DNA from: Vicugna vicugna
Lineage: Eukaryota
Assembly: GCA_013265495.1 (NCBI GenBank)
Contig: MU058009.1
Span: 186,001-250,000 of the forward strand
Direction of reading: 5' to 3'
Length of the DNA: 64,000 nucleotides
Shown: in pieces, positions 1-12,460 of the stretch
How the letters are laid out: every line of letters starts with the position of its first letter
How positions within the stretch are numbered: the first letter of the stretch is position 1
Made by a program: the position numbers and the translations under genes
The notes under the pieces: model-generated
Told to the model about the DNA's origin: nothing
The model's input: the letters and a program-made list of their open reading frames with translations, nothing else
Database searches by the model: none

Positions 1-290
1 AACGTGGGAGGTCTGGCTGCGTGGGCCCTCAAACGCACGCTAAGAAGTTTGCACTTAATGAGAAGTCATCAGACGTTTGGACCCATCCGCTCAGATCAGA
101 GTCTCAGAAGGATCGCAGCGGCCACCGTGGGGAGGATGGATGAAGCAGGGTAATCTGAAGGTAGGAAGACCGATCAAAGGGATTTTGCTCATAAGGGCTC
201 AGGCTAAAGCTTATCCACGGAAAGAAGCACATGGACTTAGGAGCCATTGAAGGTCGAATTGTAGCACTTGATGAGGGATGAAGAAGACGG
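1..290 (-). mobile_element. L2 LINE fragment (ORF2 C-terminal region), truncated by window edge
   Basis: G-rich antisense L2 pattern, e.g. 'gggccctcaaacgcacgctaagaagtttgcacttaatg...ggaagaccgatcaaa...ggtcgaattgtagcacttgatga', resembling recalled L2 consensus. Confidence 0.65.
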
Positions 291-1924
291 AGGAGGAAAG
301 GCCCCCTCTCCCTGGCCTGCAGGGCGGGGTGAATAGGTGACTAGTGGAGCCATTTTTGTCTCAGGAGAAGAAGAGGCTGGGGGGCAGTGAGCTCAGTTGT
401 AAATATGCTGATGGAGAGGAGCCCCGAATCACTCAGGAGAAGATGCTCTCGAGGGTCTGGAGGAAGAAGGTGGGATTCACTCGCACCTACTGAGCATTCA
501 CTATGGCTCAGGCAGTGGGACAAGTAGCCTTACAATGTGTCCTCTCGTGTGGTGTTGACCTGAGAACTCACCTCCAAATGTGGAAAGTTATAGTCATTGA
601 TGTGACTGTCTAAGAGGGACTTGGTTGCTCCAGGTTGGGAGCATTGGGAGCGGCAGCCTTGGGTGCACATCTAGCTCCTGTCAAGGTTTGCACAGGCTTA
701 GAGCCCTGTTGGGCTGTAGAGAGGTCAAGCATCTCCCTTTGGACCAGGATTGGAAATACAGTGAAGCCAGAAGAACAAACAGGGGTGGAAGACGGGCCTT
801 TTCCATCGCCTGTTTCTCCCAGGCCTCTGCTGGGAGAGAGGCTTGCAAACACTTCCAGCCCCAGCATTGCCATTGGCAGCTGTTGGTTGCCTTGATTCTG
901 ATACGCAGGTGAGGAGAAGCTTGCCAATACTATGAACATTCCAGACATCGTGCTGGAGTTTTATTGGGCTTACGAGGGAGAGGCGGCCTGCGCTCCCCGG
1001 GCTGGGTGAGGGGCAGCAGTTCTGAGGGCGTCCCGCCTCACGCCTTCCCTGAGCTTGGGCCTCCGGGCAGCCTGTGATTCTCCCGGCTGCCCGGGTCTCT
1101 CCTCAGGACGCACAGTCCGCCAAGGTTATCCTGGACAGCGTGGGGCTTTAATGAAAAACAATGGGGTTGGCCGCGGCAGGGTGACTCCAAGGTCACTATA
1201 AATCCTTCGCCTCCTGATTATCAGCCTGTGGCCCCAGCCAGAGGCTGCACTGTGCTCATTAGTGGCCAGGAGAGGTAATCCCCCATCCATTCAGCCGAGT
1301 TCTGGCTGCCAAGAAGACACTGATAAGGGCTGCTGGAAACACTGGTGTGTCGGTGCCGGTGAAAGAGCCCATCCATCCCTGCCTGCGGTCATCCTGGGGT
1401 CTGACCGAGAGGGGACGGGCAAAGCAGTGGGGGCTTTGGTGGTGACGGTGCGGGAGGTAGAGATGGGAGACGCTCAGGCGGCCCGTGAAGGCTGGGGCCC
1501 TGGGCGCCCTCTCAGGCTTGCTGCTGGCTGGCCAGGGGCCCAGGCTAAGCCCCCTTTTTTCTCTGAGTCTCAGGCTCTTGTGTCTTCAGGACTGGAATAT
1601 GTGTTCACTGAATCACTGTTGGGGGAGGGAGCGGCATGAGATAAAGAAAGTGGCACTAAAGAGCAGTTATGAACTGTTGTTAGCCTGAGAGGTAGCTGTA
1701 GGCATCGGCTAGGGCAGATCGAGCTTCTCCGGTGCCCTCTTAGAGCGCATCAGCTTGGGAACCATTGGGATAGGCTGGAGGCAAGGCTGGGGATGACTGA
1801 CCCCACGATGTCCAGCAAGTCTTGTTCCCTTTTGTAAGAGATACTGTCCAGACATAGGAAGCCATGCCCTGGCCATGTGCACCCAGGCCCAGAAGGTACC
1901 AATTTGCTGCCACCTCTTCCACCT

Positions 1925-2000
1925 CTTAGCTGTGCCCTTGTGTGACCCTTCCCATCTCTGAGATTCAGTTCCCATCTGTAAATGCAGGGTTTGAACTAGA
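1925..2000 (+). mobile_element. MIR SINE core fragment
   Basis: 'tagctgtgcccttgtgtgacc...ctctgagattcagttcccatctgtaaatgcaggg' matches the MIR core. Confidence 0.6.
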
Positions 2001-2237
2001 AGTCAATCTGTCTGGCCCGGATTGAGCCAATCAAAACGTTCTGAGTTGTGATTTATCCAGTCTTCTTTCGGGGAGCCCTATGGCTGAAAAGAAGAAAATG
2101 AAGCACAAGGAAGGAAAAGCAAATCTCCCAGGGACACTTGGTCTGTTGGGGAAAGATCTATGTCCTAAACATCATTAAAAGAAAGACCAAACATCTCAAA
2201 GCATCATTTTATGCTGGTATAGGCCTTGCCAGCTGGA

Positions 2238-2408
2238 AATTGTGCTAAAACGTCTATGTGTGTGAGAATCACCTGGAGAACTTATGGAAAATACAGTTTC
2301 CTGGGCTTTAAGACAGAAATTTCAAAACAGTGGATCTGAGCTGGGCCAAGGAATCTGGATTTTAACAGCTTCTCAGGTGGTTTTTGCTTCACATCTGAGA
2401 AGCACCTT
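2238..2408. mobile_element. MER5A-type hAT-Charlie non-autonomous DNA transposon
   Basis: 'gagaatcacctggagaacttatggaaaatacag...aggaatctggattttaacagcttctcaggtg...tgagaagcac' follows the MER5A consensus. Confidence 0.7.
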
Positions 2409-4164
2409 TGTATGCAAACAGCGCGGGCTCAGAGAGACTGGGCTCTTGCCAGTTTCGGCTCGGCTGCTGTGTGACCTTGGTCAAGCTGTCTGTCTCTGAA
2501 CATCCCTTGGTTTTCTAGGCTGCACAGTGAAGACATTGGATGAGGTCAGTAGCTTTCATATTTTTTTTTGTCTGCATCCTTTTGTCGCTAGAATCTCGTG
2601 TGGATGAAGTGGCTGCAGACAAAGCTGAGGTGGAGCTGGAAGGATGGAGTCCTGTGCCGTGGCCCCCGTACAGTGGACCCCAAGGTCCCTCTGTGGATGT
2701 TCATGGAATCAGAAGGACCTGGGCAGTTTTGCTGGTCTCCAGGTGTAACAGGAAGGACAACCTTGCTGTACCCACTGAGAGGTGCAAAGCAGGCCCAGGA
2801 TCCAGACTGCACTGTGGCTAAGGGAGGCTGGACTTGAAGCGTGAGTTACTTCTGTGTCACTCACTAACCCTGCCTTGGGGCCATGATTGAGACCTGGTGT
2901 TTACAGAGGAATCTTCTCCTGCCTGCTGAAGTCCTTCCCAATGGGAAGCAGAGCATCTCAGTGCAATGTCCTGAATTCCTCCCCTCTTGGAGCCTGCATA
3001 CAGTCAACTCTTAGTGATCCTTATTAATGGAGAGGAGCAAGGATGTGAAGAATCCAAAATGGTGGCCATTCCAAAATAACAAATAATCATAAGTAACATT
3101 TATTTTCAATTTTGGAAAGCATTTGGGTATCCGTGTTTGGATATGGATGTGTTTGAGGTTCTGGGCATTTTTAATACTTATAAAAAGTCACAAAAAGCCC
3201 AGTGATGGAGCTCCCTCCTGCCTCCTACTCAGCTGGGTGGAGAACATCACCCCTGGTACTGGCCCGCTCCACCCTGTCCAGCTCGCTGTCTGTACGGCTC
3301 ACGCCTTCTCCAGGAGGGGACGGGGATCTTAGCTAATTTTGCCTTTAAAGGACTTGCATTCCCTTTGGGCCTTTATGCAAATAAGAACAAAATAGGAAGC
3401 TGTGAAATGTTAACAGAGGACTTCATTAAGCAATCTTGGCGATGGCATTTGCCAGGAATGGGGACAATTTGCCAACAGATAATTGAGAGCTAACTACATA
3501 TGTGTCCTAATTAAAAAAGTCATTCTTCTCACGGCCCTGGGGTTCTGGGTCCCATCTTCCAACTGCTTTTGGATATTAACCACAACTAACTTGAGTATAC
3601 ACTTTCTACTCCACAAAGTTCTTCACATACGTTATTTTACTTAATCCATCCTTCCGACACCCAGCTGAGAACATTCTATAATCAGCTGTGATGTAGACAC
3701 TCGAAGGTCAAGGCTCAAAGCCAAAGTCCCACTGCAAGTGTGTGCCCCATCCCAGCCCTCTTCTGTGTCACTGTCACCTAATCTCCCATTGCCACCTAGC
3801 AGCGGCCCTGGCAAGGGATGGGATTATCTGCATCAACCCTGAGAATGCAGCAGCCAAGGAAACAAAAGAAAATGATCTTGCAATTACTGCCCCTGTCTTT
3901 GTTTTGATTGTATGAAGTGGAGATGTTGGAAAAGGAGAGATTTTGTACTAGAAGCACCTTGAGAGGAAAATGAGGGAGTGTGCATGCTGCTGGGGGTGCC
4001 GGATGGGCTGAGTGGTTTTCTTCCTTTCCAGGAGGCTTAGGCTGGGTCCCTGAGCTCATGTGTCACAGAAGATGAGTTGGTGGCAGGAAGGATGGGACCG
4101 GCAGGCACAGAGCTCCTTGGAAGCAGTAGCCTCAACTCCAGGCGAGATATTTTCACATCAACAA

Positions 4165-4295
4165 TCCCATGGGGTAGAGCAAATCCTTTTCATTTTTTAT
4201 GGATTAGGAAATAGAAGCTCAGAGAGGTTGAGAAACCTATTCAAGGTCACACAGTGTGTGCTGGAGGCTGGTATTTGAACCATCTGACTCCAGTT
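4165..4295 (-). mobile_element. MIR SINE fragment
   Basis: 'gaagctcagagaggttgagaaacctattcaaggtcacacag...tatttgaacc...tgactccag' is antisense MIR. Confidence 0.7.
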
Positions 4296-6559
4296 CTGGG
4301 CTTTTGTTTACGAGACAGTCCCTGGTAAGTGCAGAGGGTGTTTGAGCTGTGTGGTTTCCTCTTCACGAAGCAGAAGTGACTACTGAGTCCCCCAGCTGCC
4401 CTGAGCTGTGCTCCAAAACACACATGAAGCTGACGGGACATCTGCTTCTTGCTGCCGGGCACAGGCCCTGTCCCGCCTGCAGACCACAATCAGCCAGAGA
4501 AAACGCTGAGCCTCCCAGGCACCCTTAGGCATGAGATCTGCCCCATGAATGAAAGTTTAGGGCAAAAGGCGCCCACACCCAGGCAGAGGCATGGCCCACT
4601 TCACTGCATCCTTGCTCAGAAGCCCTTTGCAAAGGCCAAGTCCTTGAAATAGATTTCTTAGCTCAATCTGGGGGTCTTGTGAGTAATGACTTTGAATCCC
4701 TTCACGGCTGGAGCCTTGGGCCTTGGCAACAGCCACTGTGATGTGGAGCCTCCTCTCCATTGTAAGACGACTCAAGGAGGACAGCGGGTGCCCGGCCAGG
4801 CCCTTCTGCTGGGCCCGGGATCGGGGCAGCCAATGGGGGGCTTCCCTGGAGACAAGGCCCCACTCCTGCCTGCCTCCTGGGGACGTCTCTGTTTTCCAGC
4901 CTGAAGTGGCACTGGATGAGCTGACAGCTCCCTCTAATAGGAGAGCTACTCATGGCTTCACTGGAGGGAACAGGGCGGCTTTCTAGGCTTCTCCCTGAGA
5001 TGCAACAATATCTGGTACCACTTGGCGTCTTGGGGAGAGAATTCATGTCTGTAATTAGTTACTGTATATCACTGTTAGTGCTCTGCTCAGGATTTACTGG
5101 GCAAATACCGTTTAACTGCACAATAACTACAGGTCCTTGCTGCTTATTGGGTAATTTACTAAGGCTGGGAGAATGGGGCAGGAGGGACTCTGAATAGGAG
5201 GTATTGTAACCCCTTGAATCAAACTTTATGAGTTTGGGTTTGGCAGGGAGGCGGCAGCTGGTAGCCAGCTCTCATTGCTTTGTTTTGCAGAGTTGGCTGG
5301 CAGACTGCTTCCTTCCCTTTATTTATTGCAGGAGAGGTCTGGGACTGGGGTCTGGGGCTGCCCGGGGCTGCCTGGGGCTACCCAGGGCCTTTTGGTAGAG
5401 AGGGTCTTTGGCAGAACACAAAGGAACTCAGCAGGAACTGAGCAGCAGGAACCAGGCTTGCTGTCCTGGGGGCTCCATCCAGCCCTTCCATTCATTCCCT
5501 CCATCAAGCCTCTTTCTGTATCCGGGCCAGTGGGTGGGGAGTACAGGGAACTGTCCATGGCGGCAGCATCAAGATAATCCTGAACCCTCTCTTCTCTTAC
5601 AAGTGCCATGTTGGTTGGGAAGCGGTCATTCCTGGACCCTTCCCAGCCTTAATCTGCTTGAGCAAAGTCTGTCTTCGTTTGGCCGTGCACTGTCTAAACT
5701 CCTCTAACCTATTTAGACCACAGAGAGGGGAAGGGACATAATAATGGAAAACACATTGGGCAACATTGCCTTTCGCAATCTAATAAATTACTCGGTACCC
5801 GGCTGCCAGCTCCGACCAAGCCCAATACTGCCTGCAGTAATTATTTGGATCAAATGCAGTTTATCTGCTTCATATTTGTGCTTCTGTGCTCAGTGGTAAC
5901 TTATAAATGTCACTGTGGTGTTTATTTGTTGTAATGAAACTTAATGGCATTGGAAGCCAGGAGCAGAGCTGGTGCGGCGGCAGGTTTAAAACAATCTCTT
6001 CATCTCTGGAGAACGGATGAGCCAAGATAACATGGAAGTGCCCCACAGGGAAGAGGTTTGCAGGGATGGTTGTGTCCTCGTGCTGTGTGGTGGACAGAGG
6101 GAGCCAGAAGCCACCTCCAGAGGCGTCCATCAGGAGGCAGAGGAGACCTGGCTGGGTTTAACCTTGGCACTGCCCAGTCTGTCCTCGCTTCATCTTCTGA
6201 GGGTGTTTAAGGGAGAAGCGTTCAATCTTTGCACCACCCGATGGCTGGCCCAGAGATGAAGTTTGCCCAGGGGTCTTGGGAGGCAGGGGTCTTGGGATGG
6301 AGACAGAAATTAGCACTTCAGGGCGAATGCATTAAGGAGGATGGACAACCAGACCTCTTAAAAGAGTCTTGGGAGAGGGGAGGGGGGTTGGAAAACAAAG
6401 GGAGGGCGTCCTGAAGGATACCGAAAGGGGATGGCAAGGCTTCCTCCTTTGGGTGAGGGAGGGGTGCTGCCAGGAGGAGTTCGAGGCATGAACAGAACAG
6501 GGAAGAGCTGGAGGGGTGGAGGCAGAGTGACCACTGACTCTGCAGAAGCACAGACAAAA

Positions 6560-6835
6560 ATGGGTGAAGAATGAAGAGTTTTGGCTTCATACAGCCTTGG
6601 ATTCTGCCATTTACTAGTCGGAGGGCTTTGGACAAGTTCTTTATCTTTCCCGAGTTTCATTTTGTCATGTGGAAAATGAGAGTAGTAACAGACACCTCTC
6701 AGGATTGTGGTGATGATTAAACGAGGTGATGTGTATAAAGTGATGAGCGTAGCGTTTGGCACACTGTGGTCGTGGCAGTGATTGGCACCTAGTGGATGTT
6801 CAGTAGCGGTCTGTTGAGTGCATAAATGAATAGTA
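6560..6835 (+). mobile_element. MIR SINE followed by an L2-type 3' tail
   Basis: 'tctgccatttactag...ttggacaagtt...ggaaaatgagagtagtaaca...ggattgtggtgatgattaaacgag', then 'ggcacctagtggatgttcagtag...ataaatgaat'. Confidence 0.65.
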
Positions 6836-6914
6836 ACACTTCCCACCTGTGTGCATTGCAACGCCTTCTCCCAAACAACCGAGCTTGGGTTGAGACCTCA
6901 CAGCCAGGCAGAGC

Positions 6915-7030
6915 TGATTGTGTTATCACCCCCATCTAACAGTGTGGAAGTGGAGGCTCAGGGTGGTGACAGTAACTTGCCCAAGGCTACCCAGCTGGTG
7001 TATGGAGTGGACACTGGCTCTCCTGTCTTC
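6915..7030 (-). mobile_element. MIR SINE fragment
   Basis: 'gtggaggctcagggtggtgacagtaacttgcccaaggctacccagctgg'. Confidence 0.6.
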
Positions 7031-7429
7031 CAGGACAGGATTCCCTCAGCCAGTCCGTGCTGGACAGCTCCCTATCCACGCTGGGGGCGGAGCTCTTCCC
7101 TCTTGACTGGCTGCCCTGCTCCCTGGAACCAGCCATGAGCCTGGACCTGTGCTGATTTCCCAGCTGAACCTGCAGGCAGAGGCAAGGCGGGGTGGGGGTG
7201 GGGGGTGTCTTTCTGTCCATTTCATCCTAATACTACATTTAGCGTTCACTCATGAAATATTCATTTTCTCCCCTCAGCGACATGCTCATACAAGGCTCCT
7301 ATCATCATAAATATGGATGAAAATTATTAGTCATTGTTATTTCTCCCACTAGCCAATCCCCCCCTCAATACATCTCCTGTTTTGGTCTCAGCACAAAAGG
7401 GGCTGAATTGAGGGTATTAACCTGGAACA

Positions 7430-7625
7430 GTAATAATCATGCCTTGCATTTTACGGTACTTTGTACTTTCTCAAAGGACCTGTACAACCATTGTACATAT
7501 TTTATCATGGAAACAAATACATGGAAGAAAGAGGGATAGCATCATGAGTACACCCATTTTGCAGATGAAAAGATATAGATCAAGAGAGATCACAATCAAG
7601 GTCACATGCCTATTCAGGAACAGAA
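7430..7625 (-). mobile_element. MIR SINE fragment
   Basis: 'cccattttgcagatgaaaaga...atcaaggtcacatgcc'. Confidence 0.6.
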
Positions 7626-7874
7626 CTTTTTATTTAAAAAATTAATTATTTTTATTATTATTATTTTTGGCCTCCTAATGAAATATTCTCAGGGAAACTG
7701 AGTATGTTTGTTTCATGTGAATAAACAATAGCGTCCTCTTTCATGTCCTCTTTCACAGCACCGTTTACTTTATGGTTTGTAGAGAGTTTTCATCCCTGTT
7801 ATTTTATTGGTTCTCATGAGGCAGGCTTAATTTATTGTCATTTGACAAAGAGTTAGTGGCAGATCTGGCCTTAA

Positions 7875-8005
7875 AACATTATTTCCCTAAGTGGATTCCA
7901 AGAAACCCTAGCCCTAATACACACAGGAAAAATATTCTGTGGTCAAGTAAGTTTGGGAAACTCTGAGGACCTTTTGGCGTGTTAAAGGCTCTGGGAGGTT
8001 CTGTA
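7875..8005. mobile_element. hAT-Charlie-type MER DNA transposon fragment (subfamily not determined)
   Basis: 'ttctgtggtcaagtaagtttgggaaac' and 'gttaaaggctctgggaggttctg' resemble a recalled Charlie-derived MER consensus. Confidence 0.4.
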
Positions 8006-8549
8006 GGAGAGATGTGATTCATTAGGGCCAACCCAGCTTCTCCCCCACCTTATTTACCCATGCAGCCTGTATTTCACAGAAAACCTATTAACATGCTGCA
8101 GAAATGCTGCTCCAGGGAGAACTGTGTGTGTGATCCCTCCTCTGCCACATTTTCTGAGGCAGTGGCATTTGGAGCAGGGCTGGGAGAGGAGAGCCGGGAG
8201 GGTGAGGACCAGCAACAAGCATGCTTGTGGGGACCGTTAGAACTGAAGCGCCCCCACTCCCCAGACTGCCTCTTCTCCTTCCCGTACCCCCAGGGCAGTC
8301 CTTCCAGATAATTCACTCAATATTAGGCGTGGTCAGTCCAGCTCACATCTGGGGCAGATCAGAAGGGCTGCCTGACTGGCTGAGTGGGGGTCCGTGGGCA
8401 GTGCGATGTGGCGAGATGGGGGAGAGGGCTGTCCTTGGCCATGGGAAGAAGTCTTTATGGATATCCAGCAGGTCGTGTCTGCCCTTGATGGTGATGGAGC
8501 AAGTCAGCCCACCCCCATCTCCCAAACACACCAAGCTTCCCATGGCTGA

Positions 8550-8715
8550 GCAGAAGTAAGAGGACCAGGGTTTGAATCTCAGGTTTACTGGGTAATAGCT
8601 ACATGCCTTTGGTAGATGACTCAATCTTTCTGAGCCTCAGTTATGTCATCCTCAAAATGGAGGCAGTGCCACCTACCTTGTGATGTCGTGAGGATCAAGT
8701 GACATGTGTGTGAAA
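8550..8715 (+). mobile_element. MIR SINE fragment
   Basis: 'ctttctgagcctcagttatgtcatcctcaaaatggagg...gtgaggatcaagtgaca'. Confidence 0.7.
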
Positions 8716-10534
8716 GTGCCTCCCTCGCCTGCACCTTCTCAGGCTGGCCCCCCGTCACTCATCCCACTTCGTCAAAGTCCCCCGGGCATTACTCCCGTCA
8801 GAACAAATGGCCTCCCCGCCTCCCAGAGCCTCTCACCTGCACACCCCTTTAGCTCTCCCATTACCCTGCCTTCTGCTGTTTCACTATGAGCCTGTCTCCC
8901 CATTGGAGTCAAAATTCCCTGGGGTCTGTAGCCAACTCTGTCAGTGCCCCACCTGATCCCTCAGGACAACCACCACTCTTCTCCCGAGGTCTTTCTCTTC
9001 CCCTGCAGAGGCCACTCTGTCCTTGCAAAGAGCAGGTCAGAAGTGCCGGGGAATGAACAGCGCAACCCACACAGCCCTCAGCCAGCGACTGACGAGAGTG
9101 CTGTCTAGATACCCTGTTCCTTAAGTGGCTTAACTGTAAGGCATGTATTTCGCAGCACTTCCCAGAGCCTGCCACTAGGATTAGGCTCCGGCCACCCACC
9201 GTGCGGGGGGCCTGCCGGTGCCCCTGCGTTGGCCACCTTCTTTTTCCCATGTCAATTCCCTATGCTCCTTCTGGCACTTTCTGCACCTCCCAGGTTGGTC
9301 CTCGCCTAGGGTCTGCTTCTGGGGGAGCCCGAGCCAAGATACGGGCGTCCTCCACGTCCCCCACTGCGCCAGGCACACCGTGGGAGTCTGGGAAATCTCT
9401 GAACCAGACAGGAGGGAGCTATAGGTCCAGGCGCGTGGAGTGGATGTCCTACTACAGGCTGGCAGAGAGGGGGTGCCCGAGGACCCAGGGCGGGACGGCT
9501 GTGCCTTCCACTCCTCTGGAAGGCCCTGCCTTCTCTGGACCTGCCCGACCTGACGCTCTTGTCAAACCCAGGCAGGTGCAGAGGACCTGCGGTCTAGCCA
9601 GCATCCTTCCTCAATGAGAGAAGAGCTTGGTGTCGTGTATTGAGACCCTTTCATGAGTAATGGCTGAGAAGACTGCTCTCGTACTAAAATAGTGGTTATT
9701 CCTGGTACGTTTGACTTGGAGGTGGAGCGGGGCATTGCATTGCTCTATTTATCCCACAGTCTGTACGCAGTTACTGAAACTGTCACCGTATCCTATATTC
9801 CATAGGCCATTATGTGTATTTCAAACTATTATATAAATGGAGTTGATTTGGTACTTCTGAATGTCATTAAACTCCTCCCATACCAGTCACAACACAGTTA
9901 CCATAGAGACGAATACACTTGAGGAGGGAAGGCGCAGGGAAGAAAGCAGATGGATTGGGGGGCAACGCGCCTGCCGATGACTATTTCCAGAGCTCAGGGC
10001 CCTGCTGTGTGACACGGCCACTCTCTGGAGATGGGGCGAGCGCCTTCAGATTTTTATTGACTCTCCTCTGATAAAAGGTCTGGATAATTCATCTCAGCCT
10101 GAACCTGCTCATTCCATCACGCGGCTCTAAAACTTTACGGCACCGCAGGCCATTAAGCACCCTCATTTATTCAGACTCTCCCACCCTGGGGAGGAGGGTG
10201 GAGGGAGGGTCTCAGTATTCAGTGAGGAAGCCTTTGAGGCAGCTGAGGATGGAGAGGGGGAGGCAGAGAGAGGAAGGAATGCCTCCTCAGGACCTAGCAG
10301 CTGGCATAGGGAGAGGCCTGAAGTTTTGGCCAGTGTCTGCCACCTGTCACTCTGTCCCAGTGTCATCAGTGCAGTTAGAATGACAAAACTGTAGACTCTT
10401 GGGGTGGAAGGGGTGTTTTACATTTGAAACTCCTTTATGAGAGCCTGGCTGAGGAACTGCCCACGGCCTTGGTAGGCAGTGAGTTTCCTGTCTTGGAGGG
10501 ATTCAAGCGGACGCTGCCATGCTCTCTTATAATA

Positions 10535-10795
10535 AAATTTGCTCACAGGGCTCAGCTCAGATATCACTTTCTCCAGGAGGCTGTCTTGGGCATGATTCAC
10601 TTGGCTGACAGTTTGACTGGATTCCCCTTCTCTGTTCCCACGGCTCTGGACACACCTGGTTACAGCAATTATGACACTGTGCTGTAATTGCTGCGATATC
10701 CTTGGGGACAGGGGTGGCGTCTTTACATGCCAAGGACCCAGCACAGTGCTGGGCACAGGGCTGGCACTTGATACATGGTTGGTGAATGAATGAGT
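10535..10795 (+). mobile_element. L2 LINE 3' end
   Basis: 'ctcagctcagatatcactttctccaggaggc...cccagcacagtgctgggcacag...ggtgaatgaatga' is the typical L2 3' UTR and tail. Confidence 0.7.
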
Positions 10796-11319
10796 GCATA
10801 GCACCTCAGTATTTAAAAGTATTTTTGTGCATTGGTACTTGGCAGGGATGTTGCATCATCAGAAGAGGTTGTGGACTGGAACTTGGATCCCTTCCGGTCT
10901 TAAGAATCTTTGATGATATGGTTCTAAACCTGCTCTGACTACGCCTGGAATTTGAATCCAGATTTCTGTGGCTCGCAAGTCACAGTGCTTAACCATTAAG
11001 CACACTAACTGCAAAGCTAAGGAGAAAAACAAACACAAAACAACCACAAAATCAACTTGATGTGAAATATATCTAATCTCTCCAAGTGGAGGACGAAGTT
11101 CCTAAGGACAAAGACTGTCCAGCCTCAGCAGCTCCTGTACCCAGCACAGCATTGGGCTCCTAGAGGACATGTTTTATGTATGTATCAAAGAACCTACCTC
11201 CCTTCCTTTTTTTCCAGAGGTCCTTGCTTCTTGTCTCTTTCAAAACATGGCCTCAAATCCACTTTCTCTGAAGGATCTGCTCAGCCTGTCATGCCCAGAC
11301 ATTCAGGACTTGGCACAGG

Positions 11320-11460
11320 GAAGCGGGAAGAGAGCTGGACTTAGGCTCAGAAGCCTGGGTTCAAGCCTTCGCTCTATCGCTTGCCAGCTGTGCTACTCCG
11401 GGTAAGCCACGTCACTTTCCTGAGTCTCGGCTTCCTCTTTTCCAAGTGGTTCCTGATGTT
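11320..11460 (+). mobile_element. MIR SINE fragment
   Basis: 'gaagcctgggttcaagcc...ccagctgtgctactccgggtaagccacgtcactttcctgagtctcggcttcctc'. Confidence 0.6.
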
Positions 11461-11544
11461 TTTTCTAGGAGTCTATGATTCTTAAGTCATCCAGCCCCCA
11501 CACCCTGGGAGCCACTGACCAGGGGCAGAAAAGTTCACTGCCCT

Positions 11545-12460
11545 CACTCTTCTTTCAAACTCTTCTACTCTGTGCAAACATGATGCTAGGCTCCTGGGAG
11601 ACAACAGAGAGCAAGCAGAACTTGCAGACTGGGAGAGGAGACAGGCATGAGACAAGTAACTGCAATATGAACGTCCACATGCAGACTGAGCTAAGCCCTC
11701 GGAGGGAAAGGAATATGGTTCTATGAGAGCATGTAACACAGGAACTTGATCTAGATGGGAGGGGTGGCTCCGAGGAGGCGTCACTGGAGAAGTGATACTT
11801 GAACTGGGATCTGAAAGATGAGCAGGAGTCACTACGTGAAGGGTTTGGGGATGGGGTGTGGCGAATGTGGCCACTGTCCCAAGAGGAGGGACCAGTGTAG
11901 ACAAAGGGCTATATTGCAGGCGGGAGCGTGCCATGTTAGAGGAGCTGAAAAAAGACCCATGTTTGTTCTAGAGAACAGAGTGTTAAGGGGGCAAGATGAA
12001 GCCAAAGGGGTTGGTAGGAACCAGATCACATAGAGCTTTATAAAACATGCCAAGGATTTGGGTATTTTTCCTAATGGCAATAGAAAGCCATTGAAATATT
12101 TTCAAGAGGAATGTACATGTTTGGATTTGCATTTGAAATATTGCTCTGGCTGAAGTGAGGAAAATGAACTGGGAGGGAAGGGGCCGGGCACAACGGAACC
12201 AGTTAGGCGAGCGCAGCTGCAGTCCAGGTCAGGGAGGGCGGGGTGGCGATGGGTAAGGGTGGTGGCCGTCGGATGGACAGAGGTGGATGGATTCAAGAGA
12301 CGCTGAGCAGGGAACATTTCTAGGTCTTGGTGAGGACTGGCTATGGGTGTGAAGGGAAAGGAAGTCTGAAGGAGCTTGGCTTGGTCTACGGTCTAGGTGG
12401 CTCCCAGTCCTCCTCAGAGAAGCAGGTCTCCCAGTAGGAATTGTGGCCTGAGGAACCAAC
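11545..12460 (-). mobile_element. Long L2 LINE fragment (3' UTR plus ORF2 C-terminal remnant)
   Basis: Continuous antisense L2 pattern. ORF 12102..12317(-) reads PTATTL...PDLDCSCARLTG...FKCKSKHV, similar to the recalled L2 ORF2 motif TATTLVQ...SRLDYCNSLLTG...KHKSDHV. Confidence 0.8.

Noticed and set aside
572-713. Minus-strand exon-like segment (acceptor at 714, donor GAG|GTGAGT at 571)
   Set aside because: All three frames contain stops and there is no independent support; such signal pairs are frequent by chance
2540-2821. 93-aa ORF with a signal-peptide-like N-terminus (MRSVAFIFFFVCILLSL)
   Set aside because: The hydrophobic stretch is simply the translation of a T-rich pyrimidine tract; no homology or supporting promoter
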